Shown: positions 8,502 to 17,126 of the stretch, in pieces
Layout of the letters: every line of letters starts with the position of its first letter
How positions within the stretch are numbered: position 1 is the stretch's first letter
Virus record (IMG/VR): IMGVR_UViG_3300017978_000296
Coordinates: 1 to 62,982 of that record
DNA length: 62,982 nucleotides
From: a virus
Reading direction: 5' to 3' (one strand)
Notes under the pieces: generated by a model
The model's input: the letters and a program-made list of their open reading frames with translations, nothing else
Told to the model about the DNA's origin: nothing
Databases searched by the model: none
Program-made: the position numbers and the translations under genes

Positions 8502-9506
8502 TCAGGCTGCGATCAACAGAGCCAGGGACTCAGGCTTCACAACCTTGAAGCCGTACACGTTCAACGAGCGGATGAAATCACCGAAGTCGTTGGGGTTGCG
8601 CACGGTTTCCATCTTCGTGATCTGAGACGCGAAGGTGATGGCGGACTTGTGACCGGCGATGATGGCGCGGCGCTTGAGCACGCTGCCAGTCGAAGTCACG
8701 GTGTTCTCAGCGCCGTCGCCGCTGATCCAGGGTGTAGCGGTACCAGCAGCGGCCTTGGGCAACTGGTTGGTCACGTACACGGTGAAGCGGTCGATGGTGC
8801 CGATCTTGCCGTTGCGAACGGGGCTGGTGGCGTCACCCATGAACTGGGCCTGAGCCAAGTTCGACTGCATCAGCAGAGTGCGAGTGGCGGGGTCGATCAC
8901 CAGGTAGCGGTCGCTCTCGGGAACGTTCTGCTCGTCCAGCACGGAGGCCAGTTCCAGAATCTTGGTCAGGACGTTAGCGCCAGTCAGAGCGACTGGAGCG
9001 GCGTCGGTGCCCAGGTTGTAGGAGCTGGACTTCACACCGGCGGTAGCACCCTTGTTGGCGGCAGCGCCACCAGAGAAGGTGTTGTACACAACGTTGGAGT
9101 CGATGGCGATGCGCATCTGCTCGGCTGCGTCAGCAGCGAACATGTCCATCAGGTTAGGCTTGGCCTGGTACTCGAGCACGTCGTTGATCTGGAAGGCGAA
9201 GTAGCGGCCTTTGTCGATCACGAGCTCTTGCATGTCAGGGGTAGGGACCTGATAAGTCAGGTTCATACCGGCCTGGTAGTTGGCGATCTGGATGGTAGGC
9301 GCGGTGTTGATGTACACCTTGTCGCCCATGGACGACACTTCGCCTTGCCAGCTCGTGTTAGCGATTTCGCCATACACGGAAGCGGCGTAGAACTTCTCAG
9401 CCAGTTTGGCGGACCAAACGGCAGGAATGAACGTACCGGAGTACGAGCTGGTGGTGGCGAGGTTGCCTGCGGCTTGAGCGCCGGTGACGGGGAAAATAGC
9501 GGGCAT
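8502..9506 (-). CDS. Major capsid protein, 334 aa
   Basis: Track ORF in the position portal-scaffold-capsid. Has a strong RBS, very high GC3 and size/composition typical of HK97-fold podovirus capsid proteins. Confidence 0.85.
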   Translation of the reverse strand: MPAIFPVTGAQAAGNLATTSSYSGTFIPAVWSAKLAEKFYAASVYGEIANTSWQGEVSSMGDKVYINTAPTIQIANYQAGMNLTYQVPTPDMQELVIDKGRYFAFQINDVLEYQAKPNLMDMFAADAAEQMRIAIDSNVVYNTFSGGAAANKGATAGVKSSSYNLGTDAAPVALTGANVLTKILELASVLDEQNVPESDRYLVIDPATRTLLMQSNLAQAQFMGDATSPVRNGKIGTIDRFTVYVTNQLPKAAAGTATPWISGDGAENTVTSTGSVLKRRAIIAGHKSAITFASQITKMETVRNPNDFGDFIRSLNVYGFKVVKPESLALLIAA

Positions 9507-9562
9507 TTTGGGCTCCTGAAAAAAAGGGGTTTGTTTGCCGCTACCGCCACCGGGTTAGTTCA

Positions 9563-10528
9563 TTACTGAACGCGTCCTTCGGCGATAGCCTGGTTAATCA
9601 TTGCTTCGATGCGCTGCACTTCGGCTTCCTGTCCGCGGTACTCGCCGCGACGCTTGGCGTTGTAGTAATCAACAATCTGCTGTTGCGTCAGAGTCGGCTT
9701 GGCCTGCGACGTAGGAGCTGCGGTAGCAGCAGCCTTCGGGCTGACTTGCTTGGCCACGGCGTTGGGCTTAGGAGCGACCGGTTGAGTGGCTGCGAATGCG
9801 TTGAACACTGCGGCTGCGCGTTCAGCGTTCATCGACTGCTGTGCGGCGTTCAGTGCTGCTTGGCGAGGCTGGCCGTAGACCGGATCGACTTCTGCGAGCC
9901 ACGCCAGGAAGGCGTCATTCGCGTTGGTCTGTTCCCAGTCAGGAACCATCTTCGTCAAGCGATCAAAGAACGCCTGCTCGGCGGTCATTGCGACAGTCTC
10001 GTGCGTGCCCTGGAGGGCCTGCTCTAGCTGCGCAAGACGCTGCTCGAAACGAGCTGCTTGTCCTTGCAATTCGCTTGCTGCGCGACCGAACAAACGCTCG
10101 GCGGTGCGCTGCACCATCTCCACCAGGTCGGAACCGAAGTTCTCAACGTCGCGGGGGTCTGCCACCGGTGCTGCGGGTTCGCTAGGCTTAGCCTTCGCAT
10201 CTGCTGCTTCGTTCAGTCGGGCCACAGCCGTTTCGAGCTGGGTCCGCAGGTCTTTGACCTGGTTCTGAAGCGTCGGGACTTCACGATTGAACAAGCCCTG
10301 GAGGGTCTTGTACTTGTGCTCCCAGACGTCTGGCTGCGGTTGCGTGGGCTGGGCCTGCGGCTCCGTAGATGCCGTTGGCTCAGGCGCTTGCTGTTGGACT
10401 TCAGGGACTTCGGGCGCTATTTCCGCCGTGGGCTGCGGTGCAGCGGGTTCCTGGGGTGGGGTGTTAGCCTGTGCCAGGACGGCGTTAGCTTGCTCGAGTT
10501 GAGCCTGAATTGAACGAGGCAATGCCAT
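9563..10528 (-). CDS. Scaffolding protein, 321 aa
   Basis: Track ORF trimmed to ATG 10528 (AGGAGA RBS). Q/A/E-rich coiled-coil protein lying between the portal and capsid genes. Confidence 0.7.
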   Translation of the reverse strand: MALPRSIQAQLEQANAVLAQANTPPQEPAAPQPTAEIAPEVPEVQQQAPEPTASTEPQAQPTQPQPDVWEHKYKTLQGLFNREVPTLQNQVKDLRTQLETAVARLNEAADAKAKPSEPAAPVADPRDVENFGSDLVEMVQRTAERLFGRAASELQGQAARFEQRLAQLEQALQGTHETVAMTAEQAFFDRLTKMVPDWEQTNANDAFLAWLAEVDPVYGQPRQAALNAAQQSMNAERAAAVFNAFAATQPVAPKPNAVAKQVSPKAAATAAPTSQAKPTLTQQQIVDYYNAKRRGEYRGQEAEVQRIEAMINQAIAEGRVQ

Positions 10529-10565
10529 CAATAATCTCCTGTACCCATCGGGTTTCTCAGGTTGC

Positions 10566-10591
10566 AAAAAAGCGGCTGGAAATCAGCCGCT
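10566..10591 (-). terminator. Rho-independent terminator-like hairpin
   Basis: 8-bp stem AGCGGCTG/CAGCCGCT with a 5-nt loop, followed by T6 on the minus strand. Confidence 0.5.
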
Positions 10592-10597
10592 GAGGAT

Positions 10598-10792
10598 TCA
10601 GAGTTTCGCTTTGGCGGCGTCGAGCAGATCAATGATCTGCTTCAAAAGCTGGGCTCGGCCTTGGGCTTTGCGCACGTCCTCTGCTACTACCAGGACAGCG
10701 AGTTCGGCTTCGAGTTTCCCTGTTAGCCACTCTTTGAGTTTCGGCTCCCGCGCCAGGCGGGTGAACAGGGCAAATTCGGCTTCTCGGTCCAT
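10598..10792 (-). CDS. Hypothetical helical protein, 64 aa
   Basis: Track ORF between the portal and scaffold genes; GC3-rich. Confidence 0.6.
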   Translation of the reverse strand: MDREAEFALFTRLAREPKLKEWLTGKLEAELAVLVVAEDVRKAQGRAQLLKQIIDLLDAAKAKL

Positions 10793-10835
10793 GTGTGGCG
10801 ATTCTACAACGGTAAGTTAGAAACTTGTCAACTGT

Positions 10836-12929
10836 TTATTGGGCAGTTGGCGAAAAATTGTCAGCGACCGGGGCCCCATCCATTAACTCCTGCCCGCCGC
10901 CGGGCGCGGCTTGCTGTTGTTGCTGGAGCATCTGCATCTGGGCCGCGGCGGCACGCTGCTTGATGACCGACAGGCTCGGGACCACCTTGTCGGGGTTGAT
11001 GTTGAGCGCCTTGGAGGCCTCGCGCAGCAGTTCGGCACGGCCTTCCAGACCGATGATCTGCATGTCGATGGGGTTGCCGGTGAACTGGAGGAACTCGTTT
11101 CGGCGTACCTGCGCGGCTTCCTTGGTCACGAGCGACAGCGCACCGCGGGCCACGATCTTCAGGTCGCCCTTGAGCTCCGCGTCCGGGTCGTACTGGAGCA
11201 CCCACTGGTAGGCGCGTTCGACCGACGGCGAGATGACGTGGATGTCGATGGAGCCGATGGTCTGCTTGATCTGCTTGGAGGCGTTGCCGATCATCATCGA
11301 CATGCCGCTGGCCGTGCGCCCTGCACCGCCCTCGCCGCCTGCCAGGCCGGTCATGTAGCGCGGGATGCCCGAGTACTCGTCGGCCAGCTCGCTGAACTTC
11401 TGGAACACGCCCATGAGCTCGTTGGCGTTGCTGCCTGGCTGGAAGAAGTCGATGGCCGCAGCGGACGAACCCATCGGGTCGCTCGAGGTCTGCCAAATTT
11501 TCCAGGGGTACATCTCGGTCAAGCTCTCGCCGGGCGGGATGCGGTCGACGTTGACCGACACCTGCGGGCCCGAGGCGATGCCGAGGTTGTTGGCCAAGGC
11601 GCGTGCGGAGCTGTTGCACATGTCCTGGCAGTCGCGGATGCAGTCGAACAGGCTGTTGTGCCAGAACGCACCAGGCGTGCGGCTGTAGCCGTCGGCGTAG
11701 TACGGGCGGCGGGCCAGCGGATCGGGGTTGATGACCGCCTTGATGACGTACGAACCCACGAGCCAGGCCTCGACCTCGTACTCCTTGGACTCGTCGGGCA
11801 CCTCAGCTTTGTCCATGCCCCAGTCGCGCAGCATCTTGCCGCTGACTGAGCCCCAGTACTGGAGCGCGTCGATCAGGTCCGAGCGACTCTGGTCGGCTGC
11901 CAGGCTGTCACGCCCTTCTGCCGAGGCACGCTGGTTGTCGACGTTGAGCCACTCGTGCAGGCCGCCCGAGCCGTGCGCATCGAGCACAGCGCGAATCGCG
12001 TCGTCGTTGTAGCCCTCGACCCCCATCAGGGAGTTCAGGTTGGTGCGCGAGAGCTTGTGACGCTCGATCAGGTAGCCGTCGTGGACCGTCTTGTTCCAGG
12101 GGCTGGGGTAGATGTTGAACGGATCGACCCGCTCCCACTCGACCTTCTGCTCGGAGGTGGTCTGTGGCTGGAAGGTGCCGTCGGTGCCCTGCACCCACTT
12201 GAGCGTCGGCGTGTTGCGAACGACCGGGCCCTTGATGAACGCAGTCTTGAAGACCATCAGGTCATCGAGGAACTGGTCCAGGGCTTCCATCCAGCCGCCC
12301 TCGACCATCATGTCTTCGATCTTGGTCTCGGCACGCTCGGCGTAGATGCGGGCGGTGTCTTGAATCTGGTTCTCGAGCGCCTGCTTGGCGTCGGTGAGTC
12401 TCTGGCGGATGTCGATCATCGACATCGGCATGCCCATCATCTCGGCCTGCGCGACCTCGGCGTAGACCGCCTGCATGATCTCGTTGACCTCGGAGGGTGG
12501 CAGCTCCGGCTTCGGTGTGGGGGTGATGGTCCAGGGCTTCTCGGTACCTGCGCCGATCAGCACGTCCACCAGCAACGCCTTGGCCTGGCGAGCCTTGGTG
12601 GCGAACAGCATCATGTAAATCTCGGAGCCGCCCTGCTTCTTGATGCGGGCCAGCACCTCGGGGTCATACTCGCCGCGGCGGCTGCGCACCGCTGACAGCA
12701 TGTCGTGCTCGACGCTTTCCTTGGCCTCTTTGGCCAGGGTCCAGTGGTTCTTGATGTGGCCCACCAGCGACTGCATCACCGGCTTGTTGTTGGCCTCGTC
12801 CGCCCGCTTGATGGCGGCAGCCGTCGCCTCCTCATCGGCCATCATGTCCGACAGGGATTTGATCGGCAGAAAGCCCCCGATGTTGTTGATACGGGGGGCC
12901 GAAGGGGGCGTCAAGCCGAGTGTTTGCAT
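10836..12929 (-). CDS. Portal (head-to-tail connector) protein, 697 aa
   Basis: Track ORF trimmed to ATG 12929 (GAGGA RBS). Its size and its position directly after TerL and before scaffold/capsid resemble a T7 gp8-like portal. Confidence 0.85.
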   Translation of the reverse strand: MQTLGLTPPSAPRINNIGGFLPIKSLSDMMADEEATAAAIKRADEANNKPVMQSLVGHIKNHWTLAKEAKESVEHDMLSAVRSRRGEYDPEVLARIKKQGGSEIYMMLFATKARQAKALLVDVLIGAGTEKPWTITPTPKPELPPSEVNEIMQAVYAEVAQAEMMGMPMSMIDIRQRLTDAKQALENQIQDTARIYAERAETKIEDMMVEGGWMEALDQFLDDLMVFKTAFIKGPVVRNTPTLKWVQGTDGTFQPQTTSEQKVEWERVDPFNIYPSPWNKTVHDGYLIERHKLSRTNLNSLMGVEGYNDDAIRAVLDAHGSGGLHEWLNVDNQRASAEGRDSLAADQSRSDLIDALQYWGSVSGKMLRDWGMDKAEVPDESKEYEVEAWLVGSYVIKAVINPDPLARRPYYADGYSRTPGAFWHNSLFDCIRDCQDMCNSSARALANNLGIASGPQVSVNVDRIPPGESLTEMYPWKIWQTSSDPMGSSAAAIDFFQPGSNANELMGVFQKFSELADEYSGIPRYMTGLAGGEGGAGRTASGMSMMIGNASKQIKQTIGSIDIHVISPSVERAYQWVLQYDPDAELKGDLKIVARGALSLVTKEAAQVRRNEFLQFTGNPIDMQIIGLEGRAELLREASKALNINPDKVVPSLSVIKQRAAAAQMQMLQQQQQAAPGGGQELMDGAPVADNFSPTAQ

Positions 12930-12984
12930 TGGTAGGTCCTCACACCACAATTACCCCGATGATACTTGACAACAAGCTAACAGG

Positions 12985-14457
12985 CTAGTAGGTGTAGTCT
13001 GTCTTTGTTATCTCTCTCCTGCCGGAGCCCTGCGCCACCCCGCGAACGTTCATGTCGATGATGGCGTCGGCGTACTGGTTGGCGTCGTGGACGTGGGAGA
13101 ACTCGTTCTTGTCCGGCTTGTCCTCCATCTCCCCGTTCTTCTTGATTTTGTACCGGTAGCCGTAGCGAAAACCCTTGATGAGCTTCTCGCATCCGGGGTC
13201 GATCAGGTACATCGCCTTGCCCTCCAACTGTTGGTTGAGCAAGCGCTCGACGCCCTGAACACGCTTTTCCGGGTCGTTGGTCGGGGGTTTCACGCACTTG
13301 AACCCAGCCCGCTTCAAAGTGTCCACCAGGCTCATCTCGTTCAACTGCTGCTTGGCAAAGCCCGCTGGGTCAGGAGCGCACACAAAGGTGCACCCCGAGA
13401 AGTGGTTGGCGATGTGGGCGTTGAGCTTGGTGTTGATGAAGGTCTCGATGCCCATGTTCTCTGCGGTGAGCTCGCCAAGAGTGAGCACACGACCCCGCGG
13501 GTCGCGCTGTTTGAATACGGCGGATGGCGTGCGTCCAAAGTCCACTCCGATGATGATGGGGTAGCTGTCGCCGCGGATCGGGACGAGCTTGTCCTTGGCG
13601 ACGTGGAAGTCGTATGTGAATGTCTTCTCGTAGACCGGCGTGCCGGAGAGGCTTCGCCCGTACTCCGAGCGCAGGTAGACCCGCAGCCAGTCCTCGCTCT
13701 TGCCTGGAATGATGTTGGGGTAGTACTGCTTGGGCAGGTGGTTGTAGTTGTCGCAGTCGGGGTTGACCACCCACTCGACGCCATCCTTGTCCAGCAGCAC
13801 CTCCTCGGGCTCTTCCTTGAACCGCTCGAGGTACACCTCAGGCTTGATGATGGCCGCGGGCTGCTTGTAGACCGCCCAGTTCGATGGCGGGTTCTCCATC
13901 TTGTCGTGCCACCAGGTGTCCTCATCGGGCATGTTGGTGTCGAAGAGCGCACACGACCTGGTGGGCCCGCCGTCCTTCATCGAGGGGTATCGGTTCAGAC
14001 GACCCAGCAGGCCGTCGACGACCTCGCTGTGCAGCTCCCGGCTTTCGTTGCCCCACAGGAATGTGGTCTCCAAGGACAGCGCTTTTCGCACGTCGTCCGG
14101 GGTGTCCAACGCGATGAAGAGCCACTCGCTCTCCACCTGGGTGCCATCGGGCAGTTTGGCCATGAGGATGAACGTCTTCTCCACGGCCTTCCAGACGCCA
14201 GCCTCCCCGGGCGGCAGCCAGTCGAAGACGGTCTTGCGGGTCGTCAGCGCCAACTGGTCGGCGGTGTTTCGCACGATGACAGCGCGTGTTTTGCGCTTTC
14301 CCTGTTTGTTCGGAGCCTGCCCGCACGCCAGGCGCACGAGCTCGTGGACACAGGTGACTGACTTGCCACCACCGACCGGCCCGGCGAGCACGCGCACGTA
14401 GGCCTCGTCCAGCATGAAGTTGCGCTGCGTCTCGGTGGGTTTGTAGGTACTGCTCAT
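12985..14457 (-). CDS. terL: Terminase large subunit, 490 aa
   Basis: Track ORF trimmed to ATG 14457, which overlaps the upstream stop as ATGA. Walker A is AGPVGGGKS. Acidic nuclease-type motifs lie in the C-terminal half. Confidence 0.9.
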   Translation of the reverse strand: MSSTYKPTETQRNFMLDEAYVRVLAGPVGGGKSVTCVHELVRLACGQAPNKQGKRKTRAVIVRNTADQLALTTRKTVFDWLPPGEAGVWKAVEKTFILMAKLPDGTQVESEWLFIALDTPDDVRKALSLETTFLWGNESRELHSEVVDGLLGRLNRYPSMKDGGPTRSCALFDTNMPDEDTWWHDKMENPPSNWAVYKQPAAIIKPEVYLERFKEEPEEVLLDKDGVEWVVNPDCDNYNHLPKQYYPNIIPGKSEDWLRVYLRSEYGRSLSGTPVYEKTFTYDFHVAKDKLVPIRGDSYPIIIGVDFGRTPSAVFKQRDPRGRVLTLGELTAENMGIETFINTKLNAHIANHFSGCTFVCAPDPAGFAKQQLNEMSLVDTLKRAGFKCVKPPTNDPEKRVQGVERLLNQQLEGKAMYLIDPGCEKLIKGFRYGYRYKIKKNGEMEDKPDKNEFSHVHDANQYADAIIDMNVRGVAQGSGRREITKTDYTY

Positions 14458-14627
14458 GCTCGTTGTGCTTTCAGACGCCAGAACAGCCGCCAGGTGCGGC
14501 TTTGGCGGGTTCGGTGTTGGCTTTTGTGGCCGGTCCAGAAGTGGTGGCCAACCAGCATGCCAAACCGCTGGGGTTTCGGCTGGCCGCGCAGCAGGCGCTC
14601 GGCGATGCGTTCGTATGCGCCGGTCAT
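14454..14627 (-). CDS. Small basic Trp-rich protein, 57 aa
   Basis: Internal ATG of track ORF 14454..14846, ATGA-coupled at both ends. Its GC3 is much higher than that of the alternative TerL N-terminal extension frame. Confidence 0.5.
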   Translation of the reverse strand: MTGAYERIAERLLRGQPKPQRFGMLVGHHFWTGHKSQHRTRQSRTWRLFWRLKAQRA

Positions 14628-14923
14628 CCAAGTTCCTCGTAGCCCCATTGCTTTCCGCAGCCGGGGCAGTGGACGCGATCTCGGAGCAGGTGAAATAGCT
14701 GGTTGCCGCACGCCACGCACGTCCAGCTCTGGGCGTCGGGCGATGGCATCACGTCGAATTTGTTGCGCCCGCGCATGCTCTTGCACTCGGGGCACTCGAA
14801 CTCCGTGGTGCCGGGCTCCCACACCGCTGTCCACTCGTGGCTGCACCCCTGGCAGTACAACGCGCCAGCGATGTGCGGCTCGCGCTCTTTCTTGGCCTTG
14901 GCGAAGTCGATGACGTCAGTCAT
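14624..14923 (-). CDS. Zinc-ribbon protein with four CxxC pairs, 99 aa
   Basis: Track ORF. The four pairs are CQGC, CPEC, CVAC and CPGC. Confidence 0.7.
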   Translation of the reverse strand: MTDVIDFAKAKKEREPHIAGALYCQGCSHEWTAVWEPGTTEFECPECKSMRGRNKFDVMPSPDAQSWTCVACGNQLFHLLRDRVHCPGCGKQWGYEELG

Positions 14924-15077
14924 CTTCGTCCTCCTCCATCTGGTCCTGGATGAGCTGCACCTTCACCAAGTCAAGGCAGCCAAGCGCCGTTGGCAGCAGC
15001 ATCGTCTCGTCGTACTTGTGGACGACCGCCAGCAGCTCCTCGACAAGCGCCGCGGTCAGGTTTCCCTGGTATCTCAT
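14916..15077 (-). CDS. Small acidic protein, 53 aa
   Basis: Own translation (below the track cutoff): MRYQGNLTAALVEELLAVVHKYDETMLLPTALGCLDLVKVQLIQDQMEEDEDD. ATGA overlap upstream and an 8-nt overlap downstream. Confidence 0.5.
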   Translation of the reverse strand: MRYQGNLTAALVEELLAVVHKYDETMLLPTALGCLDLVKVQLIQDQMEEDEDD

Positions 15078-15583
15078 TGCGGGAGCTCCTTGACCTGCGC
15101 CTCGAGGACCACAGGCTGTACGTTGTTGCTGAGACTGACGGACTGGCCACCACCCAGGTCGATGCTGATCTGGAAGCTCGGGCCTGTGTTCTGGACCTTC
15201 TCTTCCTTGGGCTCGAGGCCACCGGCTTTGAGCAGGGTTTTGAGGACCTCGTGCTTCTGGTTCAGGCTGGCATCCGAGCTCGAGGCGTGCAGGTACACCT
15301 GGTCGAGCAGCTCACCGGCCATCCATGCCGCCTTGGCCTTGAAGGTGACGCCGGTCTTCTCGTACTCGGCGCGTTTGGCCTGCACCTGGTTCTGGAACCA
15401 CTGCTGGGATGCGAGCTCGAGGTAGGTCTCCATGGCCAGCCCGTGGCGGGCCGCGACGATCAGCTCGTCTTCCATCCCCAGGGCCAGGCTGGCCACCATT
15501 TCGTCCGAAATCTGGGGCCAGGAGACCGTTTTGGGCCTGTATTCAAGGGGTTCGTCCCCGATGTCTGGCACGTCAGGCAGCAT
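15074..15583 (-). CDS. Putative small terminase subunit, 169 aa
   Basis: C-terminal part of the artefactual track ORF 15074..16459. ATG 15583 has a CAGGAGG RBS. The assignment rests only on position upstream of TerL. Confidence 0.55.
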   Translation of the reverse strand: MLPDVPDIGDEPLEYRPKTVSWPQISDEMVASLALGMEDELIVAARHGLAMETYLELASQQWFQNQVQAKRAEYEKTGVTFKAKAAWMAGELLDQVYLHASSSDASLNQKHEVLKTLLKAGGLEPKEEKVQNTGPSFQISIDLGGGQSVSLSNNVQPVVLEAQVKELPQ

Positions 15584-15755
15584 TTTTGGCCTCCTGAGCG
15601 GCCTTTTCGGCCCGTTCCACCGCCTGGAGGTACTTCTCCAAGGCTGTTCGGACGATGTCCGCGGTCTTGACGCCCTTTCGGCGGGCCAGGGTGGCCGCCT
15701 TGTCGTGCAGTTCGTTGGGCAGGAAGAAGTTCCTGCGGACCATTTCAGCAGCCAT
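15573..15755 (-). CDS. Ribbon-helix-helix (Arc/CopG-like) DNA-binding protein, ~60 aa
   Basis: Track ORF 15573..15851 trimmed to ATG 15755. The sequence RRNFFLPNELHDKAATLARRKGVKTADIVRTALEKYL is a typical RHH pattern. Confidence 0.6.
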   Translation of the reverse strand: MAAEMVRRNFFLPNELHDKAATLARRKGVKTADIVRTALEKYLQAVERAEKAAQEAKNAA

Positions 15756-15870
15756 AGCCAATGCAGAAGAGTTCGACCATGAGCTTCCACCAGACACCGA
15801 GGGCGATGACTGCCACGGCGTAGATGGCGACCAGAAGGGCCCAGTTTCCAAGGTTCTTGATGACGTTCAT
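15745..15870 (-). CDS. Small single-TM protein, 41 aa
   Basis: Own translation: MNVIKNLGNWALLVAIYAVAVIALGVWWKLMVELFCIGYGC. Its end overlaps the RHH start. No clear SD sequence. Confidence 0.35.
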   Translation of the reverse strand: MNVIKNLGNWALLVAIYAVAVIALGVWWKLMVELFCIGYGC

Positions 15871-16479
15871 GGCGGGTTGTTAAGAGGTGTGTATGTGCAT
15901 TGTAGGCGTTTTTTTCTGGTTGTGAAGGGGTCGGCGTGGGCGTTATGCAGAAGTTAGGAATGTTACGGCGGGACGATAAGGTAGGGTAAACCCTATGTCG
16001 GAGGGGGTTACGTGTGTATGTGGTTAAAAACTTGGCCTGCTGTGAGAGCCAGTCGTAGGGGTGGGGGCGGGGCTCGCGGCCTCGGGGACCCACCGCCGGG
16101 GGGCACCCGCTAACACCTGCGCCCTTAGTGTAGGGGGCAGCGGCTAACACCGAAGCCCCTGATGTGAGGCTCATCGCAGTCTCCGCACCGTCAAGGTGTT
16201 GTGCTCTGCCCCGTTCAATGCGGCTCCCCGGTTTACCCGGCTTGAGTGCGCCGTTCGGATAACGCAAAGCGCGGCGCTGGTGAATCGCGTCTTTAACAAT
16301 TCGGTAGCGTTTTGGGGGTTTGGGTGAAGTAACCCCCCGGCGAAGTCCGCCCCATGACCTAACCCGCGTCAATGCGGCAGGGTCTAAACACGCCAAGCAA
16401 ACGTGGGGGCGGGCTTTGAAGTGTGCATTGTCACAGTGCTCACTTTGAAGCCCAATCATTTACCAATCAAGGAATCATC
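15871..16479. promoter_or_regulatory. 609-bp non-coding divergent control region between the packaging/structural arm and the early arm
   Basis: No credible ORF. Contains two 19-mers GGGGGCA..GCTAACACC (16099-16117 and 16133-16151, 17/19 identical). Also contains TCAATGCGGC twice (16215-16224, 16369-16378) and the palindrome TAGGGTAAACCCTA (15982-15995). Confidence 0.6.
15899..15926 (-). promoter_or_regulatory. Sigma70-like promoter candidate for the minus-strand arm
   Basis: On the minus strand: TTCACA (15926-15921), a 16-nt spacer, then TACAAT (15904-15899). Confidence 0.3.
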
Positions 16480-16905
16480 ATGAACGAAATCTCCGTTTTC
16501 TCGACCGACTCGACCAGCACCGTGATTTACATGGACAAAAAGGAACGCCGCTTCGAGCTGTCCAACGAAGCCGCGCTGTTCAAGGGTGGCCAAGCCCTCA
16601 AAGCCCTGAAAGATGTTGCGCTGCAAGTCGCTGGCAACAAAGCCGCATCGGGTCGCTATCGTGCCGCCGCCGACATTCTCGCGGTCGCTTTCCCCAAGCA
16701 GCACAAAGCCTTCGTGGGCTTCCTGAACTGCGAGCCCTGGGCCAATTCGTCCAAGATGTGCCTGTTCATCGAGAAGTGCGAGCAAGCCGAGCCCGGCAAG
16801 AACGGCTGGACCGCCAAGCAGCAATCCGCCCGTGCCCTGATGCAAGCCATGCGCCAAGCCATCCCCGCGCTCAAGGCCGAGACCGCCCAAGTCATCGAAG
16901 CCTAA
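16480..16905 (+). CDS. First early protein, 141 aa, function unknown
   Basis: Track ORF 16423..16905 trimmed to ATG 16480, preceded by CAAGGAATCATC. The same leader precedes the gene at 19914. Confidence 0.7.
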   Translation: MNEISVFSTDSTSTVIYMDKKERRFELSNEAALFKGGQALKALKDVALQVAGNKAASGRYRAAADILAVAFPKQHKAFVGFLNCEPWANSSKMCLFIEKCEQAEPGKNGWTAKQQSARALMQAMRQAIPALKAETAQVIEA

Positions 16906-16907
16906 TC

Positions 16908-17126
16908 ATGCCCCGCGTCCATCAAGTACCCAAGGGGACGCTGGGCGTCCCCCTCCCTGCCCTCCGTACCGGCGACATGGGTCGCCGACTCCAAGGCGGC
17001 TTGCCGCCCGTGCCATACCGCAATGCGTGTTCCAAGTGGGCATCATGCCCAACGAAGTGGGCCCGCGAGCCCTTCGCATCCAAGACAATCCGTGGCGAAG
17101 TGCTGTCGTCCAAGTTCGATTTGTAA
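16908..17126 (+). CDS. Hypothetical protein, 72 aa
   Basis: Internal ATG of track ORF 16758..17126, 2 nt after the upstream stop. Only moderate GC3. Confidence 0.35.
   Translation: MPRVHQVPKGTLGVPLPALRTGDMGRRLQGGLPPVPYRNACSKWASCPTKWAREPFASKTIRGEVLSSKFDL

Noticed and set aside
14458-14631. N-terminal extension of TerL (track start 14631)
   Set aside because: The extension is R/P/A-rich with poor GC3. An alternative 57-aa ORF in another frame has high GC3 and ATGA coupling at both ends, and TerL ATG 14457 lies just before the Walker A region.
15074-16459. 461-aa minus-strand ORF spanning the control region
   Set aside because: Only the last 169 codons (from ATG 15583 with a CAGGAGG RBS) look like a gene. 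The upstream 290 codons are R/P/G-rich nonsense crossing repeat- and palindrome-rich DNA, and they overlap the better-supported RHH and TM-peptide ORFs in other frames.
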